From Bacteroidaceae bacterium (GTDB taxonomy: Bacteria > Bacteroidota > Bacteroidia > Bacteroidales > Bacteroidaceae): 64,000 nt of DNA. The position numbers and the translations under genes were made by a program. The notes under the pieces are model-generated. The model was not told the origin of the DNA. It saw nothing but the letters and a program-made list of their open reading frames with translations, and searched no databases. The DNA lies in NCBI GenBank assembly GCA_017444485.1, contig JAFSWM010000103.1, forward strand, positions 4,845-68,844, written 5' to 3'. This document shows positions 61,874 to 64,000 of this stretch, in pieces. Each line of letters starts with the position of its first letter. Positions within the stretch are counted from its first letter, which is position 1.

Positions 61874-62476
61874 ATGTCTTTCACAGAAAAAGCATGGCCC
61901 GTGTTTGAGCGGGTTATTGCCGACTATCACGTTACGGACAACGTGGATGCTCCCATGCCTGCTCCATATCCTGCTTCATCGCTTGAGGCTCTGCTATATC
62001 GTAAATGCTGGATTGACACGGTGCAATGGCACCTCGAAGACTTGATTCGCGACCCGCTCATTGACCCTGCCGAAGCGCTGGCGCTGAAACGCCGCATTGA
62101 TAAGAGCAACCAGGACCGTACCGACTTGGTGGAGCAAATCGACGAATACTTCCTCAGTGGGGTTCAGGCTGAACCTGCTCCCGATGCTCCCATCAACACC
62201 GAGACCCCTGCCTGGGCTGTTGACCGCCTGAGCATTCTCGCACTGAAAATATACCACATGCGTGAACAGACTGAACGCGAAGATGCCGACGAGGCGCACA
62301 AAGCACGTTGCAAGGCGAAACTGGGCGTATTGCTCATCCAGCACGAAGACCTCAGCCAAGCGCTCGACACCCTGCTCGACGACATTGCAGCAGGTCGGAA
62401 GCGTATGCGCCTCTACAAACAAATGAAGATGTACAACGACCCCAGCACCAACCCCGTGCTGTACGGCAACAAATAA
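61874..62476 (+). CDS. DUF4254-like protein
   Basis: 200 aa. It is soluble and helical (WIDTVQWHLEDLIR..., VDRLSILALKIYHM). It sits directly upstream of a GT9 gene, the pairing I recall for DUF4254 in Bacteroidota. Confidence 0.6.
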   Translation: MSFTEKAWPVFERVIADYHVTDNVDAPMPAPYPASSLEALLYRKCWIDTVQWHLEDLIRDPLIDPAEALALKRRIDKSNQDRTDLVEQIDEYFLSGVQAEPAPDAPINTETPAWAVDRLSILALKIYHMREQTEREDADEAHKARCKAKLGVLLIQHEDLSQALDTLLDDIAAGRKRMRLYKQMKMYNDPSTNPVLYGNK

Positions 62477-62482
62477 GTATTA

Positions 62483-62571
62483 GGTTATAAGGTTTTGAGG
62501 TTATAAGGTTATAAGGGACTGCGCGATGCCCTCATAACCTAATAACCTCAAAACCTCAAAACCTCAAAACC
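62483..62571. repeat. Octamer-microsatellite hairpin C in the DUF4254-GT9 spacer
   Basis: Left arm: GGTTATAA GGTTTTGA GGTTATAA GGTTATAA (62483-62514). Loop: GGG-ACTGCGCGATG-CCC. Right arm: TCATAACC TAATAACC TCAAAACC x3 (62532-62571), running straight into the ATG at 62574. Confidence 0.9.
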
Positions 62572-62573
62572 TC

Positions 62574-63581
62574 ATGAAAGTCGCTGTTCTGCGTTTTTCG
62601 GCCCTTGGCGATGTGGCGATGACCGTGCCGGTGCTTTGGAGTGCGGCGCAGCAAAACGCTGGAGCGGAGTTTGTTGTCGTGACGCGGCGGCCTTTCTGTG
62701 CACTCTATGAGGACGTGGCGGCAAACGTCAGCACCTATGGCTGCGACCTCCACGGCTCACACCGGGGGATTTTCGGCATGTGGCGGCTTGCGAGGGAACT
62801 GGGGGAACTGGGTGTGGATACCGTGGCTGACTTGCACGACGTGTTGCGCACCAAGATGCTCCGATTCTTTATGCGCTTGCACGGATGCAAGGTGAGCCGT
62901 ATCAACAAGGGACGGGGCGAGAAGCGCTTGCTGGTGAAGAATGGCTGGAAACGTTCTGAACCGCTGCGGCCACAAACAGAACGCTATGCGGACGTGTTTC
63001 GACACTTGGGGCTGCGCTGCGAACCAGTGTTTGACAAACTGCCACTCCCCAGGGCCGATGGCTTGCCTCAGAAGCCCGAAGGTGCACGTTGGATAGGTGT
63101 GGCTCCTGCTGCTGCGCATACTGCCAAAGCGTACCCTGCTGAGCGTCTGCATACTGCCCTTGTTTCGCTGCTTGAAGAACCTGGCGTGAGCCTCTTCTTC
63201 TTCGGTGTTGAGCAAAGTGTGAAGGCTGAAGCCGAAAGCCTTGCGAAGCAGTATTCGGGGCGTGTATTCCACGCCTCGCAATTTGCCCATGGACTGCGTG
63301 CCGAACTTGCGCTGATGGGGCGGCTTGACGTGATGCTCACTATGGACAGTGCCAACATGCACCTTGCTGCGCTGGTAGGGTTGAAGACGGTCAGCATATG
63401 GGGTGCCACCCATCCCTGGGCCGGCTTCCTGGGGTATGGACAGAGCGAGACCGACTGCATACAGTCGCCCAGAGACTGCCGCCCTTGCACCATCTATGGC
63501 GCACACCCGCGCTGCAAAGCCCCGTATCCGTGCTTGCAAGACGTCACGCCCGAAGCCGTTAAAAGGTCCGTTGAACATTGA
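62574..63581 (+). CDS. Glycosyltransferase family 9 (LPS heptosyltransferase-like)
   Basis: 335 aa. MKVAVLRFSALGDVAMTVPVL is a typical GT9 N-terminus. The C-terminal Rossmann half contains MDSANMHLAALVG. Confidence 0.85.
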   Translation: MKVAVLRFSALGDVAMTVPVLWSAAQQNAGAEFVVVTRRPFCALYEDVAANVSTYGCDLHGSHRGIFGMWRLARELGELGVDTVADLHDVLRTKMLRFFMRLHGCKVSRINKGRGEKRLLVKNGWKRSEPLRPQTERYADVFRHLGLRCEPVFDKLPLPRADGLPQKPEGARWIGVAPAAAHTAKAYPAERLHTALVSLLEEPGVSLFFFGVEQSVKAEAESLAKQYSGRVFHASQFAHGLRAELALMGRLDVMLTMDSANMHLAALVGLKTVSIWGATHPWAGFLGYGQSETDCIQSPRDCRPCTIYGAHPRCKAPYPCLQDVTPEAVKRSVEH

Positions 63582-63669
63582 ACGTTGAACATTGAACATT
63601 ACCAATACCGGCAGCAATGGGTTTTGCCAATGGTCAATCATCAATGGTCAATGAAAAAAGTGGTCAATG
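63572..63669. repeat. Heptamer-microsatellite hairpin D, overlapping the GT9 stop and the next gene's start
   Basis: Left arm: TGAACAT TGAACGT TGAACAT TGAACAT (63572-63599), which contains the GT9 stop TGA at 63579-63581. Right arm: AATGGTC AATCATC AATGGTC (63629-63649), followed by GGTCAATGAAAAA, whose ATG (63667) starts the next ORF. Confidence 0.9.
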
Positions 63670-64000
63670 AAAAAGAAACTGCCCATACTGCTGTCTGTCA
63701 TCGCACTGCTGTGCGGCACGCTGCCGCTACGCAGCCAGACCGACACGGTGCGGGTGGTGGACTACACCCATCTTTTTGGCATCGGCGGGGTGAACATTCT
63801 GGATACTTACCTCTCGCCGTTGGAGTACACCGGTTGGCAAGTGTCCACGCTTCATCTGACGGAGCGCACCCTGCGCCCAGGCAGCCGTTGGACGCTCTCG
63901 GCACGCTATGGCGGCGACCTGGGGCGTGCCATGTCGCCCACCGAGGACGGCAAATACTGGGACGCCAATCTCTATGCCGCAGCCAAGGTGCGCCGTGTGT
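63667..64000 (+). CDS. Secreted/outer-membrane hypothetical protein (5' partial; runs off the window)
   Basis: Absent from the ORF track because no stop is reached. I translated it by hand: ATG at 63667, MKKKLPILLSVIALLCGTLPLRSQTDTVRVVDYTHLFGIGGVNILDTYLSPLEYTGWQ... It has a signal peptide and stays open through position 64000. Confidence 0.6.
   Translation, partial: MKKKLPILLSVIALLCGTLPLRSQTDTVRVVDYTHLFGIGGVNILDTYLSPLEYTGWQVSTLHLTERTLRPGSRWTLSARYGGDLGRAMSPTEDGKYWDANLYAAAKVRRV

Noticed and set aside
57650-63669. Whether the short tandem repeats in the four spacers could be a CRISPR array.
   Set aside because: The units are only 7-8 nt and directly abut one another with no spacers. The arrays are arranged as inverted arms, and there are no cas genes in the window.

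Overview
This window looks like a contiguous core-chromosome segment of a GC-rich Bacteroidota genome, probably Bacteroidales and possibly Prevotellaceae. The lineage call rests on four signals. (1) TAnnTTTG -7 promoter boxes recur at gene starts. (2) Several lineage-typical families are present (DUF3127, DUF4271, DUF4254, DUF6377). (3) There is a T9SS type-B sorting domain protein. (4) Leaders are short or absent and lack a Shine-Dalgarno sequence. I support about 50 protein-coding genes, mostly on the minus strand.

Genes:
- 3-10147: nadB, ispG, purE, rpoN, a DsbD-family protein, mnmA, mtgA.
- 13033-27872: a 1358-aa GH2 beta-galactosidase, a hemD-like fusion, metK, comM/yifB, lgt, ychF.
- 31238-51610: polA, ispB, deoC, dtd, uvrC, apt, mnmG, gyrB, aroQ, a PNGase F-like protein, a POT peptide transporter, uvrA.
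- 52803-59074: the distal half of the dcw cluster (murG-murC-ftsQ-ftsA-ftsZ).
- 61874-63581: an LPS-core pair, DUF4254 plus a GT9 heptosyltransferase.

I found no rRNA, tRNA, CRISPR array, transposase, integrase or obvious prophage or defence genes.

Observations worth a second look:
1. A tightly coupled four-gene operon at 10722-12840 encodes a secreted protein, an HprK-like P-loop kinase, an S24 Ser/Lys peptidase and a PqqD/RRE protein. It resembles a RiPP or peptide-modification system but has no recognisable precursor or core maturase.
2. Four long imperfect hairpins are built from tandem 7-nt or 8-nt microsatellite units. They occupy consecutive intergenic spacers between 57.6 and 63.7 kb, and in one case they supply a stop codon and a start codon.
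3. A DUF3127 OB-like protein carries an SSB-style disordered linker and a DDLPF acidic tip.
4. The metK leader has a promoter, a SAM-II/SAM-V-like pseudoknot candidate and an intrinsic terminator.
5. Three identical-stem palindromes are phased at exactly 22 bp upstream of lgt.
6. A 27-bp-arm hairpin sits in a 504-bp gap that interrupts the dcw cluster.

Many long ORFs in the six-frame track are antisense or alternate-frame artefacts of the high GC content, and I rejected them.
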